64,000 nt of DNA. It comes from Cyanobacteriota bacterium (lineage in GTDB: Bacteria > Cyanobacteriota > Cyanobacteriia > PCC-6307 > Cyanobiaceae). Shown here piece after piece: positions 27,869 through 37,746 of the stretch. The position numbers and the translations under genes are program-made. Under the pieces are notes generated by a model, which had not been told where the DNA came from, did no database searches, and saw only the letters and a program-made list of their open reading frames with translations. The stretch covers positions 318-64,317 of the forward strand of contig JBKDSZ010000019.1 in assembly GCA_046340375.1 (NCBI GenBank), in the 5' to 3' direction. How positions within the stretch are numbered: the first letter of the stretch is position 1; each line of letters opens with the position of its first letter.

Positions 27869-29355
27869 GCTGCCTGTTGGCCGCCCCCTGCAGCGGCAGC
27901 GGCAAAACGCTGGTGAGCCTCGCGCTGGCGGCCCTGGCCCGACGGCGCGGCCAGCGGATGCAGACCTTCAAGGTGGGCCCCGACTATCTGGACCCCCAGC
28001 TTTTGGGCGCCGTCTCCGGCCAACCGTGCCGCAACCTGGACCCGCTGCTCTGCGGCGAAGACTGGGTGAAGGAATCGTTCCAATGGCATGCCGCCCGGGC
28101 CGATCGGGTGCTGGTGGAAGGGGTGATGGGCTTGTTTGACGGGCGGGGCCCCAGCGCTGAAGGGAGCTCCGCCCAGGTGGCCGACCTGCTCCAGCTGCCG
28201 GTGGTGCTCGTTGTGGAGGCCTCCCGACAGGCGGGATCGGTGGCAGCGCTGGTGCGCGGCTTCCGCGACCATGGCCCCCCTCGGGTGGCGCTGGCGGGCG
28301 TGGTGCTCAACCGGGTGGGGAGCCGCCGCCATCGCGCCCTGCTGGAGGAGGCGCTGGCCTCCCTGGCGGTGCCCGTGCTGGGCGTCTTGCCCCCTCACCC
28401 GGCCCTGGACTTGCCCTCCCGCCACCTCGGCCTGCTCCCCCCCCATGAGGTGGCGGATCTGCGGGCCCGGGCCCGGGAATGGGCCCAGCTGGCGGAGACC
28501 CATCTGGCCATGGACCGCCTCTGGCCCCTGCTGGCCGCGCCACCCGCTCCGGCCCAGCCGACCGACCCGATCCAGGCCGCCCTCCTCCGGGGGCAAGCGG
28601 ATCTGAGGGCCCCTCGCGCCAGCCCCCCTCCCACGAACAGCCCCGCCCGGCGCGGCCCCGTGTTGATCGCGCGCGATGCGGCCTTTCACTTTCTCTACCC
28701 CGAGGTCGATGAGCTGCTGGTCGCCCTGGGATTGGAGGTGCGGAGCTGGAGCCCCCTGGCGGATGAGCCCCTGCCCGCGGATTGCGCCGCCGTGGTGCTG
28801 CCAGGGGGCTATCCCGAGATCCACGCCGCCGCCCTGGCCGCCGCCGCGGGCAGCCGGGCCGCCCTGGCCCGGGCCAGTCGTCAGGGGGTGCCGATCATCG
28901 CGGAGTGCGGCGGGTTGCTCTTGCTTGGAGAGCGTCTGGTCGATCCCTCCGGCGAGGCCTGGCCCATGGCCGGGGTGCTGCCCTTCGAGGCCCGGCCAGG
29001 GGCCCTGAGCCTGGGCTATCGCCACGCCCTGGCGGAGCGGGATGGCCTGCTGGTGCGGGCCGGTGAGGAGTGGCGGGGGCATGAGTTCCACCGCTGGCAG
29101 CTCCATCCCCGCCGGCCCGACCCCGCTGGCCCCGCGATGTGGCAACTTGAAGGTTGGGGCGTTGAGAGGGGCCTGGAGGGATGGACCACACCAAACCTGC
29201 ACGCCAGTTGGCTTCACGTTCACTGGGCTGGTTTCCCGACGATTCCCTTGCGCCTGGCCGCCGCCATCGCCTGCGGAGAGACGCCGCCGCCGAGCGGCGC
29301 TTCCTCTCCCCCCACGACTCCAGCACCCCCGCCACCCCGGAGCGTTGGCGCCTGA
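27865..29355 (+). CDS. cobB: Cobyrinate a,c-diamide synthase
   Basis: CSGSGKTLVSLALAALARRRG...FKVGPDYLDP is followed by a C-terminal GATase1-like region (IIAECGG). The probable start is TTG 27865, which overlaps the opcA stop. The upstream part of ORF 27418..29355 overlaps opcA. Confidence 0.8.
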   Translation: MSCLLAAPCSGSGKTLVSLALAALARRRGQRMQTFKVGPDYLDPQLLGAVSGQPCRNLDPLLCGEDWVKESFQWHAARADRVLVEGVMGLFDGRGPSAEGSSAQVADLLQLPVVLVVEASRQAGSVAALVRGFRDHGPPRVALAGVVLNRVGSRRHRALLEEALASLAVPVLGVLPPHPALDLPSRHLGLLPPHEVADLRARAREWAQLAETHLAMDRLWPLLAAPPAPAQPTDPIQAALLRGQADLRAPRASPPPTNSPARRGPVLIARDAAFHFLYPEVDELLVALGLEVRSWSPLADEPLPADCAAVVLPGGYPEIHAAALAAAAGSRAALARASRQGVPIIAECGGLLLLGERLVDPSGEAWPMAGVLPFEARPGALSLGYRHALAERDGLLVRAGEEWRGHEFHRWQLHPRRPDPAGPAMWQLEGWGVERGLEGWTTPNLHASWLHVHWAGFPTIPLRLAAAIACGETPPPSGASSPPTTPAPPPPRSVGA

Positions 29356-29357
29356 TC

Positions 29358-29606
29358 GTGCGCGGCAAGGTTCAGGGGGTGGGCTATCGGGAAGGCTGCC
29401 GCCAGTGCGCCCAGGATTTGCGCCTCAGCGGCTGGGTGCGCAATCTTCCCGACGGCACGGTGGAAGTGGAGGCGGAAGGACGCTCCCAGGATCTGGCCAC
29501 CCTCGTGTTGTGGTGCGAGCGGGGGCCCGTGCCGGCCACGGTGTTCAGCGTGCACACCCGGCGGATCGCGCCGGTGGGAGGCGACTGGTTTGAGATTCGC
29601 CGCTGA
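29358..29606 (+). CDS. Acylphosphatase
   Basis: (ERWRLI)VRGKVQGVGYREGC...GWVRNLPDGTVEVEAEG matches the acylphosphatase signatures. The start is unresolved. GTG 29358 lies 2 nt after the cobB stop but cuts off strand 1. The only upstream in-frame starts are TTG 29208 and ATG 29181, both deep inside cobB. Confidence 0.7.
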   Translation: MRGKVQGVGYREGCRQCAQDLRLSGWVRNLPDGTVEVEAEGRSQDLATLVLWCERGPVPATVFSVHTRRIAPVGGDWFEIRR

Positions 29607-29662
29607 GCCGACCCGCGTTTCGGCGCCCCTTCCATGCTGACGTCCGCTACCGGGAGCCTTTC

Positions 29663-30409
29663 ATGCTGATGTCCCACGGAGGGGAAGTGCTGGGCTATGC
29701 CCTGGCCATTGGTTTCAGTCCCCTCCATCTCGCCCTGCTGCTGCTCCTGCTCCTCGGCCCGCATCCTCTGCGGCGGGGCGGGTTTCTGCTGCTGTCCTGG
29801 CTGTTGATGAACGCCCTGGTCATCGGGCTGTTGCTGGGCGTGGGCCATGGCTTCCTGCTGACGATGGAGAAAGGCAGCAGCCACCGCACAGGCCTGGATC
29901 TGCTCGCCGCCGGGGCCTTTTTCGCCCTGGGTCTCAAAGCCCTGAGCGGCAGGCCAGCCCAAGGGGAGGGCGGAGCGGAATGGAGTCGGCAGCTGGATCG
30001 GCTGCTGGCCCTGCCCCTGCCCCTGCTGCTGCTGCTCAGCGCCGCCCTGCAGGTGGCCGGACCCGATGATCTCTTTCTCTACGCCAAGGCCGCCGGCACG
30101 CTCTTCCATCCCGAGTGGGACTGGCTGCAGGACACAGCCCTCACCCTGGGCTTCAGCGGCCTGACGAGCCTCCTGCTCCTGCTCCCCCTGGTGGGCTGTG
30201 CCGTGGCGGGCCAGGAGCGGCTGCGGCCAGCCCTGGCCTGGCTGAAGGGCGGCCTGGATCGCTACGGCCAGGGGCTGGTGGGCGTGATCTGCATCGCCCT
30301 GGCCTTGCTGGTGGGCTGGCAGGGGGTGGACGGGCTGCGCCTGGGGGGCGCCATCGCGTCGAATCAAGCGGGGTCCGAGCTGGTCAGCCAGTTGCGCCAG
30401 AGGGCCTGA
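29663..30409 (+). CDS. Multi-pass membrane protein, GAP/Sap-like family (paralogue of 42055..42756)
   Basis: About six hydrophobic segments. It shares the N-terminal pattern FSPLH...LLLLG..PLRR with ORF 42055..42756. The family assignment is tentative. Confidence 0.45.
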   Translation: MLMSHGGEVLGYALAIGFSPLHLALLLLLLLGPHPLRRGGFLLLSWLLMNALVIGLLLGVGHGFLLTMEKGSSHRTGLDLLAAGAFFALGLKALSGRPAQGEGGAEWSRQLDRLLALPLPLLLLLSAALQVAGPDDLFLYAKAAGTLFHPEWDWLQDTALTLGFSGLTSLLLLLPLVGCAVAGQERLRPALAWLKGGLDRYGQGLVGVICIALALLVGWQGVDGLRLGGAIASNQAGSELVSQLRQRA

Positions 30410-31866
30410 TCGGCGGCAGAGGCAGGACCCGCCTCCATGGTCACCCCCTGGCTGGCCCGACTCACCGCCACATAAGCCAACTGACGTCGCAACTGCTCCT
30501 CCCGGGGCCAGAAGACATCGCGGGCCACGAACACCTCGCCGAAGGTGCTGCCCTGGCTGCGATGCACCGTGAGCACGGCGGCGGGGCCCAGGGAGGCAAA
30601 GGCATCGCGCAGAAGGAAAAACCGTCGCCAGTGGTGTCGCGCTTCCTCAGGGGAGGCGGAGCGGGCGGCGGTGCGCAGGCGTTGCAGCGCCAGGTCGAGT
30701 GCCTGACGGGAGGCGCTGCCGATGGGAGGCAGCAGGCGCAGGGTGAGACGCCCATCCGCCGCGTCAACGCAGACCATCAGCGTGTCAATCATCCCCGCCT
30801 CCTCCCCCTCCACCCCGACACCGCCCAAGGGCGGCTCGCCCCCCTCAGGCCCCCAGGGCGCCAGGGAATAGCGCCCTGGCGTCACATCCCGCACCACCAC
30901 CTCCCGGTTGGAGCTGAGGCACATCTCCGGATCCTCCGGCGTCACGCTGTCTTCCACGCAAGCCGGACCCATCACCGGCGCACGGGTGATCAGCACCTCG
31001 CCCGGCAACACGGGCATGGTGTCGGAAAGGTCGCCATGGAGCGCGCGGCGGGCGATCGGCACGAGGGTTTCCAGGGTGCGATTGGTGTAACAGAGAATGC
31101 GTGCCAGATCGGGGTTGTCGGTCTCGGTGCAGCGGCGGAGGGCCCGCTGGGCCGCCAGCAGCCACTCCTGCCGGTCGAGCAGGGCCACCATGCCGAGCTC
31201 CGTGCGGCAGGGGGGCAGAAGGGGGGGGCGACGGCAGGGCAGCACCCCTTCCCGCAACCCCGAGGCCAGCCGAAGAACGGGACCCTGATGGCGCACGACA
31301 TGGGTGAGGCTCGCCTGGTGGACCCGCGCGAGGGAAAACACCGGGCTGTCCTGCTCCCCCACCGGCGGCAGCTGGGCTGGATCCCCGATGAACACCAGCC
31401 GGCAGTGAAACGGCTGGGCACAGCGCAGGGTGATCTCGAGAAGCTGGCCATCCACCATGGAGGCCTCATCGATGAGCACCAGGCCCAGGTGTTCGAGGGC
31501 CCCGGCCGTCTGAGCGGTTTCCGAGCAGCGCTCCCGATCCCCGTCCCGCCGCAGTTTCAGGCGAAGCAGGCGATGGATGGTGGACGGGAACCAGGTGGGT
31601 CGCAGGCCCGCCTGGTCGAGGTGATCGCGCAGCACGCCCACGGCCTTGTGGGTGGGAGCGACGACGGTCCAGCAGAGCCCGAGCGCTTCGGCATGGGCGA
31701 GGAAGCGCATCGAGAGGAAGGTTTTGCCCGTGCCCGCATAGCCGCGCAGAAGGAAGGGGGTGCCATCGGCGGGAGCGGCCAACCAATCGAGGAAGACCTC
31801 GGCGGCGGCCTGCTGATCGCCACTCAGCTCAGCGTCGGCGGGGAGTCGGGCCGGGGGGTGTTTCAC
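30364..31866 (-). CDS. SF1B RecD/Dda-like ATP-dependent DNA helicase
   Basis: Walker A GYAGTGKTF, Walker B LVLIDEASMV, FIGDPAQLPPV, and a C-terminal LTVHRSQGSTF...YVAVSRA. The start is taken as GTG 31866, forming a GTGA overlap with the upstream stop. Confidence 0.8.
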   Translation of the reverse strand: MKHPPARLPADAELSGDQQAAAEVFLDWLAAPADGTPFLLRGYAGTGKTFLSMRFLAHAEALGLCWTVVAPTHKAVGVLRDHLDQAGLRPTWFPSTIHRLLRLKLRRDGDRERCSETAQTAGALEHLGLVLIDEASMVDGQLLEITLRCAQPFHCRLVFIGDPAQLPPVGEQDSPVFSLARVHQASLTHVVRHQGPVLRLASGLREGVLPCRRPPLLPPCRTELGMVALLDRQEWLLAAQRALRRCTETDNPDLARILCYTNRTLETLVPIARRALHGDLSDTMPVLPGEVLITRAPVMGPACVEDSVTPEDPEMCLSSNREVVVRDVTPGRYSLAPWGPEGGEPPLGGVGVEGEEAGMIDTLMVCVDAADGRLTLRLLPPIGSASRQALDLALQRLRTAARSASPEEARHHWRRFFLLRDAFASLGPAAVLTVHRSQGSTFGEVFVARDVFWPREEQLRRQLAYVAVSRASQGVTMEAGPASAADQALWRNWLTSSDPA

Positions 31867-32384
31867 CCGAGGCCATGGAACAGGACCCGAGCCAGATGGG
31901 AGGGGGAACCGACGAAGACGAGGCCGGGAAGGGCCACGGCGGGGCCGATCAGGCTGCCCGCCAAGACCTCCAGACGGGTGTGGCCCAGGTTTTCCTTGAG
32001 GGGGTGCAGCACCGGTTCCTGATCGATCCCACCGGGAGGGTGGGTGTCCCACAGACCGTCAGGGAGACCATTCACTCGGGCGGCGGTCAGCCCTGCGGCC
32101 CGACGTACCCCGCTGGCATCGTAGAGGATCACGAAGGTCACCACTGCGGCCAGGGCAAAGACGGGATCGGCGAAGCCGTGAAGCCAGCCGATGGCCGCGC
32201 TGGTGCCGGTCATCAACGCCGAATGGCTGGAGGGCATGCCACCCGTTTCCACCAGCACACTCGGACGCCAGCGGCGATGGACCACCAGCTCGATCACCAG
32301 TTTGGAGAGCTGGGCCACGCCACAGGCCGCCAAACCCCAGGCCAACGCGGCGTTGTCGAGCACATCCAGCAGGGGGTGGCTCAT
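31863..32384 (-). CDS. Divergent PAP2-family membrane protein (DUF212, acid phosphatase/vanadium haloperoxidase-related)
   Basis: [13 protein letters not shown]...[10 protein letters not shown]...[12 protein letters not shown] is typical of DUF212. It has an ATGA overlap with the crtE stop. Confidence 0.7.
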   Translation of the reverse strand: MSHPLLDVLDNAALAWGLAACGVAQLSKLVIELVVHRRWRPSVLVETGGMPSSHSALMTGTSAAIGWLHGFADPVFALAAVVTFVILYDASGVRRAAGLTAARVNGLPDGLWDTHPPGGIDQEPVLHPLKENLGHTRLEVLAGSLIGPAVALPGLVFVGSPSHLARVLFHGLG

Positions 32385-33283
32385 CGATCGCGGCTGGTGA
32401 TGTAGTCGGCGAGAGCGAGCAGCGGCTGGGCCCTGCTGCTCCAGGGGGCCAGGGCCCCCTTGGCTTCGTTCACCAGCGCCTCGGCCCGCTGGCGCGACTC
32501 CTTCAGTCCCAACAGTTTGGGATAGGTGGTCTTGTCGGCGGTGAGGTCCTTGCCCGCCGTCTTGCCCAGCACCTCGCTGCTGGCCGTGACATCGAGGATG
32601 TCGTCAATGATCTGGAAGGCCAGCCCGATGCCCCGGGCATACACCCGCAGGGCGGCCAGGAGATCCTCGCTGGCGCCGCCCACCAGGGCGCCGCAGACCA
32701 CGCAGGCCCGCAGCAGGGCGCCCGTCTTGTGGAGGTGGATGTATTCCAGAGTGGTGAGGTCCACGTCCTTTCCTTCCGATTCCAGATCCACCACCTGCCC
32801 CCCCACCAGCCCCGGGGCGCCGGAGGCCAGGGAGAGTTCGCCCACAACCGCTAAGAGGCGCTCGGAGCTGACCCCCGGACTGCGCAGCGCCACCATTTCA
32901 AAGGCCCGGGTGAGGAGGGCGTCGCCCGCCAGGATGGCCATGGCCTCACCGAACATCTTGTGGCTGGTGGGACGCCCGCGCCGCAGGTCGTCGTTGTCCA
33001 TGGCGGGGAGGTCGTCATGGATCAGCGACATGGTGTGCACCATCTCCAGAGCCACAGCCGCAGGCAGGGCCAGCTCGGTGGAGCCGCCCGCCAGCTCACA
33101 GGCCGCCAGGCAGAGGATGGGGCGCAACCGCTTGCCCCCGGCCAGCAGGGAGTAGCGCATGGCCTCCCGGAGGGATTCGGGCGCTTCCGGACCCAAGGAG
33201 TTGTCGAGGGCCACCTCGATCCGTTCCCTGGACGCCTGCAGATAGGCGCTGAAATCAGAGGAGGTGTGAACCGCCGTGGTCAT
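32381..33283 (-). CDS. crtE: Geranylgeranyl diphosphate synthase (polyprenyl synthetase)
   Basis: [24 protein letters not shown] and [16 protein letters not shown] 33283 (MTTAVH...) is preferred within ORF 32381..33385. Confidence 0.85.
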   Translation of the reverse strand: MTTAVHTSSDFSAYLQASRERIEVALDNSLGPEAPESLREAMRYSLLAGGKRLRPILCLAACELAGGSTELALPAAVALEMVHTMSLIHDDLPAMDNDDLRRGRPTSHKMFGEAMAILAGDALLTRAFEMVALRSPGVSSERLLAVVGELSLASGAPGLVGGQVVDLESEGKDVDLTTLEYIHLHKTGALLRACVVCGALVGGASEDLLAALRVYARGIGLAFQIIDDILDVTASSEVLGKTAGKDLTADKTTYPKLLGLKESRQRAEALVNEAKGALAPWSSRAQPLLALADYITSRDR

Positions 33284-33347
33284 GGCGGATGGCGGGGGAT
33301 TGGCGGATTCTCTCATCCTCCCGTCAAGCCCCTTTCCCTCGCCGGCC

Positions 33348-34280
33348 TCAGCACAGCAGATCGGCGAGGTCATGGGGTTGGCCATGGGCGCGGCACCAGC
33401 CCACCACGGTGTTGAGCAGCAGCATGGCCACCGTCATCGGCCCCACGCCGCCGGGCACCGGCGACAGCGCTGACGCCAGGGGCTCCACCTCCTCGGCGTT
33501 CACATCGCCACACAGCCGGGCCTTCCCCCCCGCCACCAGGGCGGGAAGCTGATGAATGCCCACATCCACCACCACCGCACCAGGGCTCACGTGGGCGGCG
33601 CCAATCATCCGTGGCCGCCCCGCCGCCACCACCAGCACCTCCGCCTGGCGGGTGAGGGCCGCCAGATCCCTCGTATGGGAATGGGCCACGCTGACCGTCG
33701 CATTGGCGGCCTGGAGCATCAGGGCCATGGGCTTGCCCACGAGGATGCTGCGCCCCACCACCACCGCCCGGCTCCCCTCCAGGGGCACAGCGGCCTGCCG
33801 CAGGAGGGCCATCACCCCGGCGGGGGTGCAGCTTCGGGGTCCGGGCTCCCCCTTCACCAACCGGCCCAGATTGAGGGTGTGCAGACCATCCGCGTCCTTC
33901 CGCGGATCAATGGCCGCCAGCAGGGGCCCTTCCGACAGCCCGGCGGGAAGCGGAAGCTGCAGGAGGATGCCATCCACCTCCGCAGCGGCGTTCAACCGCT
34001 CGATCTGCGCCAGCACGTCCGCGGCGGCGGAGCCGGCTGGCAGATGGGCGCCCAGATTGCGGATGCCCACCCGCTCACAGGCCTTCTCCTTATTGGCCAC
34101 ATAAACGCCGCTGGCGGGATCATCACCGACCCGCAACACGGCCAGGCCTGGAGGCCTCCCCACCGCCTCCTGCCGTTCACGAATCAGGGCGTGCAGGCGT
34201 TTCTCAATGTCCGAGGCCAGGCGGCGCCCGTCAAGAACAGCGGCCACAATCAGGACAGGCAAACAACAGGCCTCCAGCAT
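33348..34280 (-). CDS. folD: Bifunctional methylenetetrahydrofolate dehydrogenase/cyclohydrolase
   Basis: LDGRRLA...[26 protein letters not shown]...[14 protein letters not shown]...[10 protein letters not shown]. The start is ATG 34280 or a nearby GTG. Confidence 0.9.
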   Translation of the reverse strand: MLEACCLPVLIVAAVLDGRRLASDIEKRLHALIRERQEAVGRPPGLAVLRVGDDPASGVYVANKEKACERVGIRNLGAHLPAGSAAADVLAQIERLNAAAEVDGILLQLPLPAGLSEGPLLAAIDPRKDADGLHTLNLGRLVKGEPGPRSCTPAGVMALLRQAAVPLEGSRAVVVGRSILVGKPMALMLQAANATVSVAHSHTRDLAALTRQAEVLVVAAGRPRMIGAAHVSPGAVVVDVGIHQLPALVAGGKARLCGDVNAEEVEPLASALSPVPGGVGPMTVAMLLLNTVVGWCRAHGQPHDLADLLC

Positions 34281-34343
34281 GCAATCCCGTTGTCTCCTGC
34301 GCACAGCACAGGGTGGCTACATTCTGCTGGCATCTGGCCATTC

Positions 34344-36464
34344 ATGGCTTGGGTCTTGCCATCCATTCCTCGGGCCTTGTCGGCGCTGCAGACCGTTCCC
34401 CCCCGGCTCTGGCGATGGTTGTCGCGGCTGGAGCGGCCCCGCCAGGCCGTGGTGCCCTGGACCTCCCTCGGCGTGACGGCGGTGGTGCTGGCCTCCCTGC
34501 TGGTGGCGCTGGTGACGAGCTGGCCCTGGCTGCTCAGGCCCAACCTCAGTCCCGGCGTGCCGGCACCCTTCAATGTCACCGCCCCCCGAGACGCGCGGGT
34601 GATCGACAGCGCCGCCCTGGAGCAACGGCGCAGTGTGCTCGGGACCCGCTCCCAGGTGCAGGTGGTGGATGAGAGCGCCAGCCGCGCCCTCCAGGATTCC
34701 CTCGATCGGCTTCTCAAGCAGCTGCAGCGGCAGATCAGCAGCCGTCAGCCCCGCCTCGATCCCTTCAATCTCTCCCCCTCCGAACGGGACTGGCTGCTGC
34801 GCTTGAGTCCCCAGGAGTTGCTCACCTGGCAGCAGGCCGTGCAGAAGGCCCAGATGCGAATGCTCAGCCAGGGGGTGGTGGCGTCCGTGGCGGACGGCCC
34901 GTTGCTGATGGCGGCCCGGCTCCAACTGGAAGGCCACCCCCCGCCAGGCCAGAGCCTCGGCAGCCGCCTGGTGGTGCGCAGCCTGCAGGGGCGCACCAAC
35001 CTGCGCGGCGATCGCTTCTTGAGGCAGCAGCGCATCGAGGAGCTGGTCACCCAGGAGGGTCTGCCCACGATCACGGTCCGTCGCGGCGACCTGATCAGCC
35101 GCCTGGGGGAGCCCATCACCCCCCAGGCCTTTGACGTGCTGGATGCCTTCGGGCTGATCAACCGCCGCCCCCAACCGTTCGCGTGGCTGAGCCATTTCGG
35201 CGAGGCGGCGGCCGCCTGTGGCGTGATGGTGCTGGTGATGCGCCGCTGGAAGGCCAGCCTGGAAGCCCGCCAGGCCCTGCTCGCCCTGGCGATGCTGCTC
35301 GTCGTGCAAAGCTTCAAGCTCTGGTTGGGGCCGTTGGCCTCCCCCCTGGCTCTGCTCGTTCCCCCCACCCTGCTGCTGGCGCAGGGGTTGGGAACGGCCC
35401 CCGGGCTGGCCTGGCTCGCCGTGTCGAGCCTGCTGTGGACCCACCCGCTCGACCCGCTGTTTCAGTGGCGGCTGCTGCTGGCCACCGCAGTGGCCGCGGT
35501 GGCGGCGATCCTGGCCGGGCGGCAACGCAACCGAGCCCAGCTCCTGCAACTGGCCTTGCTCCTTCCCGCCGCCGCCGTGCTGTCGCCGGCCTTGAGGGCT
35601 CAGATCGCCAGCCGGCTCTGGAACGGAGAAGCGCGGGGGCCACGGACACCCGCTCTGGTGAACGAAGCGGTGATCGTCGGCGCGTTGCTGAGGGGCGGCT
35701 TGCTGCTGGCACCAATGGTGGAGAGTTTCTTCGGTCTGCTCACGCGGGCGCGGCTGATGGAGCTGGCCGATCTGGAGCGCCCCCTGCTGCGGCGCCTCTC
35801 CCTGGAGGCCCCCGGCACTTTCGAGCACACCCTGATGATCCTTGGCCTGGCGGAGGAGGGCGCCAGGGTGATCCAGGCGGATGTGGACCTGATCCGCACC
35901 GGCGCTTTGTATCACGATGTCGGCAAACTGCATGGCCCGCAGTGGTTCATCGAGAACCAAGAGGGAGGCACCAATCCCCACGACACCCTGGATGATCCCC
36001 GTCAAAGCGCGCGCATCCTTCAGGCCCACGTGGATGAGGGCCTGAAGCTCGCCCGCCGCTATCGCCTGCCGCGCCCCCTGGCCGACTTCATCCCTGAACA
36101 TCAGGGCACCTTGAAGATGGGTTACTTCTTTCATCAGGCCCGTCAGCGCCATCCCGATGTGCGGGAGGAGCATTTCCGCTACCGCGGACCCATTCCCCGC
36201 TGCCGGGAAACGGGAATCCTGATGTTGGCGGATGGGTGCGAGGCGGCCCTGCGGGCGCTCCCACCGGACACCAGCGAAGCGCAGGCCACGACCACCGTGC
36301 GCCGGATCGTGGAGGCCCGCCAAGAGGATGGCCAGCTGGCGGCCAGCGGCATCAGCCGGGCCGAGCTGGAGCTCATCATCCGCGCCTTCGTTCGGGTCTG
36401 GAAGCGGATGCGGCATCGCCGCATCGCGTACCCGCTCCCGGCGGGGAAAGGCTTCAGCGCCTGA
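34344..36464 (+). CDS. 7TM-receptor HD-domain phosphohydrolase (PgpH-like)
   Basis: An N-terminal TM segment and extracellular region are followed by a 7-TM block and a C-terminal HD domain (HTLMILGLAEE...ALYHDVGKL...FIPEHQGT). ATG 34344 was chosen because the upstream part of ORF 33552..36464 is antisense to folD. Confidence 0.8.
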   Translation: MAWVLPSIPRALSALQTVPPRLWRWLSRLERPRQAVVPWTSLGVTAVVLASLLVALVTSWPWLLRPNLSPGVPAPFNVTAPRDARVIDSAALEQRRSVLGTRSQVQVVDESASRALQDSLDRLLKQLQRQISSRQPRLDPFNLSPSERDWLLRLSPQELLTWQQAVQKAQMRMLSQGVVASVADGPLLMAARLQLEGHPPPGQSLGSRLVVRSLQGRTNLRGDRFLRQQRIEELVTQEGLPTITVRRGDLISRLGEPITPQAFDVLDAFGLINRRPQPFAWLSHFGEAAAACGVMVLVMRRWKASLEARQALLALAMLLVVQSFKLWLGPLASPLALLVPPTLLLAQGLGTAPGLAWLAVSSLLWTHPLDPLFQWRLLLATAVAAVAAILAGRQRNRAQLLQLALLLPAAAVLSPALRAQIASRLWNGEARGPRTPALVNEAVIVGALLRGGLLLAPMVESFFGLLTRARLMELADLERPLLRRLSLEAPGTFEHTLMILGLAEEGARVIQADVDLIRTGALYHDVGKLHGPQWFIENQEGGTNPHDTLDDPRQSARILQAHVDEGLKLARRYRLPRPLADFIPEHQGTLKMGYFFHQARQRHPDVREEHFRYRGPIPRCRETGILMLADGCEAALRALPPDTSEAQATTTVRRIVEARQEDGQLAASGISRAELELIIRAFVRVWKRMRHRRIAYPLPAGKGFSA

Positions 36465-36831
36465 GACGCGCCGCGCGCCAGCGGCTGAGGCGGCCGTGGG
36501 TGGCGGCACCGAGCAGGAGGGCCCCCACCCCGAGGAGGCCATCCCTGAGGATCTGGCCCAGGCTGGCGCCCCAGTGGCCTTGCTCCAGCAGGGTGAGGAG
36601 GGTGAACACCCAGCCGCTGAAGCTGGTGAGGGAGCCTGCGAATCCCATGCCCAGGAGCAACCTGCGGCGGCTGGAGACGGAGTCGAGAAGACCGGCGACA
36701 CCAACGACAAAGCAGCCCAGGGTGTTGGCCAGCAGGAGATTGTCCAGCCGCCAGCGCAACAGGGCGCCCGGGATGGCTCCGAGCGCCACCCAGCCCATCG
36801 CCGCAAGCCACCCTGGGACGGCTCCTCTCAT
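36454..36831 (-). CDS. crcB: Fluoride ion channel CrcB/FluC (second of a tandem pair)
   Basis: LGAIPGALLRW...NTLGCFVVG...GFAGSLTSFSGW. ATG 36831 overlaps the stop of the upstream crcB by 1 nt. Confidence 0.8.
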   Translation of the reverse strand: MRGAVPGWLAAMGWVALGAIPGALLRWRLDNLLLANTLGCFVVGVAGLLDSVSSRRRLLLGMGFAGSLTSFSGWVFTLLTLLEQGHWGASLGQILRDGLLGVGALLLGAATHGRLSRWRAARLRR

Positions 36832-37235
36832 CACCAGGTCCGCGCCAGGGTGAGGCCGAGCAGGCAAGCGAGCAGGCCGCCCCCCAGGGAGGCCACCCCC
36901 AGGCGCAGCACCTCGTGCCGGCCTTGGCGCCGCCAGGCGGTCACCAGCTCGGCGATCAGGGTGGAGTAGGTGCTCAGGCCCCCCAGGAAACCGATCGCCA
37001 GGGCGCTGTCCAGGCTGTCGCGGGTGGCCTGCCGCCAGTGGGGGCGCAAGCCCACCAGGACCCCCAGAAGGAAGGAGGCCAGCATGTTGACCAGCCAGGT
37101 GGCCCAGTGGCGCCTGGAGAGCCTGGAGCCACCGACGGTCACCAACCAGAAGCGGATCCAGGCCCCTGGAATGGCTCCCAGGGCGACCAGCACCCCGGAG
37201 AACACCGTCGGATCGGACGGGCTCAAGACAGGCAC
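36831..37235 (-). CDS. crcB: Fluoride ion channel CrcB/FluC (first of a tandem pair)
   Basis: LGAIPGAWIRF...WLVNMLASFLLG...GFLGGLSTYST. Confidence 0.8.
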   Translation of the reverse strand: MPVLSPSDPTVFSGVLVALGAIPGAWIRFWLVTVGGSRLSRRHWATWLVNMLASFLLGVLVGLRPHWRQATRDSLDSALAIGFLGGLSTYSTLIAELVTAWRRQGRHEVLRLGVASLGGGLLACLLGLTLARTW

Positions 37236-37345
37236 GGCCTCAGGGCCCGATGACCGATGAGACGCTTCGGCAGGCCATCCAAGGGGCCCGCCCGCCGGGG
37301 TGAGGCTTGCGGCACGATGAAGGCTGGCAGGTGGGACGTTTGACC

Positions 37346-37723
37346 ATGCGCAATCTGTTTGGAAACTACGGCCCGCAGGACGATCCGGTCCCCATGGGCT
37401 CGGAAGGAGCGGAACGCTGGTTGCAATGGCTGCAGCTGGGTCTCACGGTCACCCTTCTCGTGCTGTTCGTCAACCAGGTGCTGAGCTTCCGAGATGTGAA
37501 CCGCAAGATCGCCCGCCTGCACGAGCGCCTGGATCTGCTGGAGAGCCGTCGCCTCCTGGATACAGGGCCCACGCTGGAGGGCAACCTGCGGCGGCTGGAT
37601 GAACGGCTGGGGCAGCTGGAGAAGGCCCTCAGCGAACTGGCCAGCGAGAATCCGGTCTCCCCCTCGAATGTGCGAGAGATTCCTGCCTTTCAAGTGCCTC
37701 CCCCGCCCCGCATCCTGCCCTGA
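37346..37723 (+). CDS. Hypothetical membrane-anchored coiled-coil protein
   Basis: One TM segment (LGLTVTLLVLFVNQVL) is followed by heptad-like RLHERLDLLESRR...LRRLDERLGQLEKALSEL. No family was recognised. Confidence 0.4.
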   Translation: MRNLFGNYGPQDDPVPMGSEGAERWLQWLQLGLTVTLLVLFVNQVLSFRDVNRKIARLHERLDLLESRRLLDTGPTLEGNLRRLDERLGQLEKALSELASENPVSPSNVREIPAFQVPPPPRILP

Positions 37724-37746
37724 GGCCGCTGAACGAGCCAGCCAGC

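Noticed and set aside
34317-36806. 829-aa minus-strand ORF
   Set aside because: It is antisense to the 7TM-HD gene and the translation is low-complexity.
37236-37306. Possible fluoride riboswitch upstream of the tandem crcB genes
   Set aside because: The 70-nt leader, read on the minus strand, lacks the conserved GGnGAUGG...CC / AACCGCC / CUGAUGAUnCCU arrangement. Only a loose GGAUGGCCUGCC resemblance is present.
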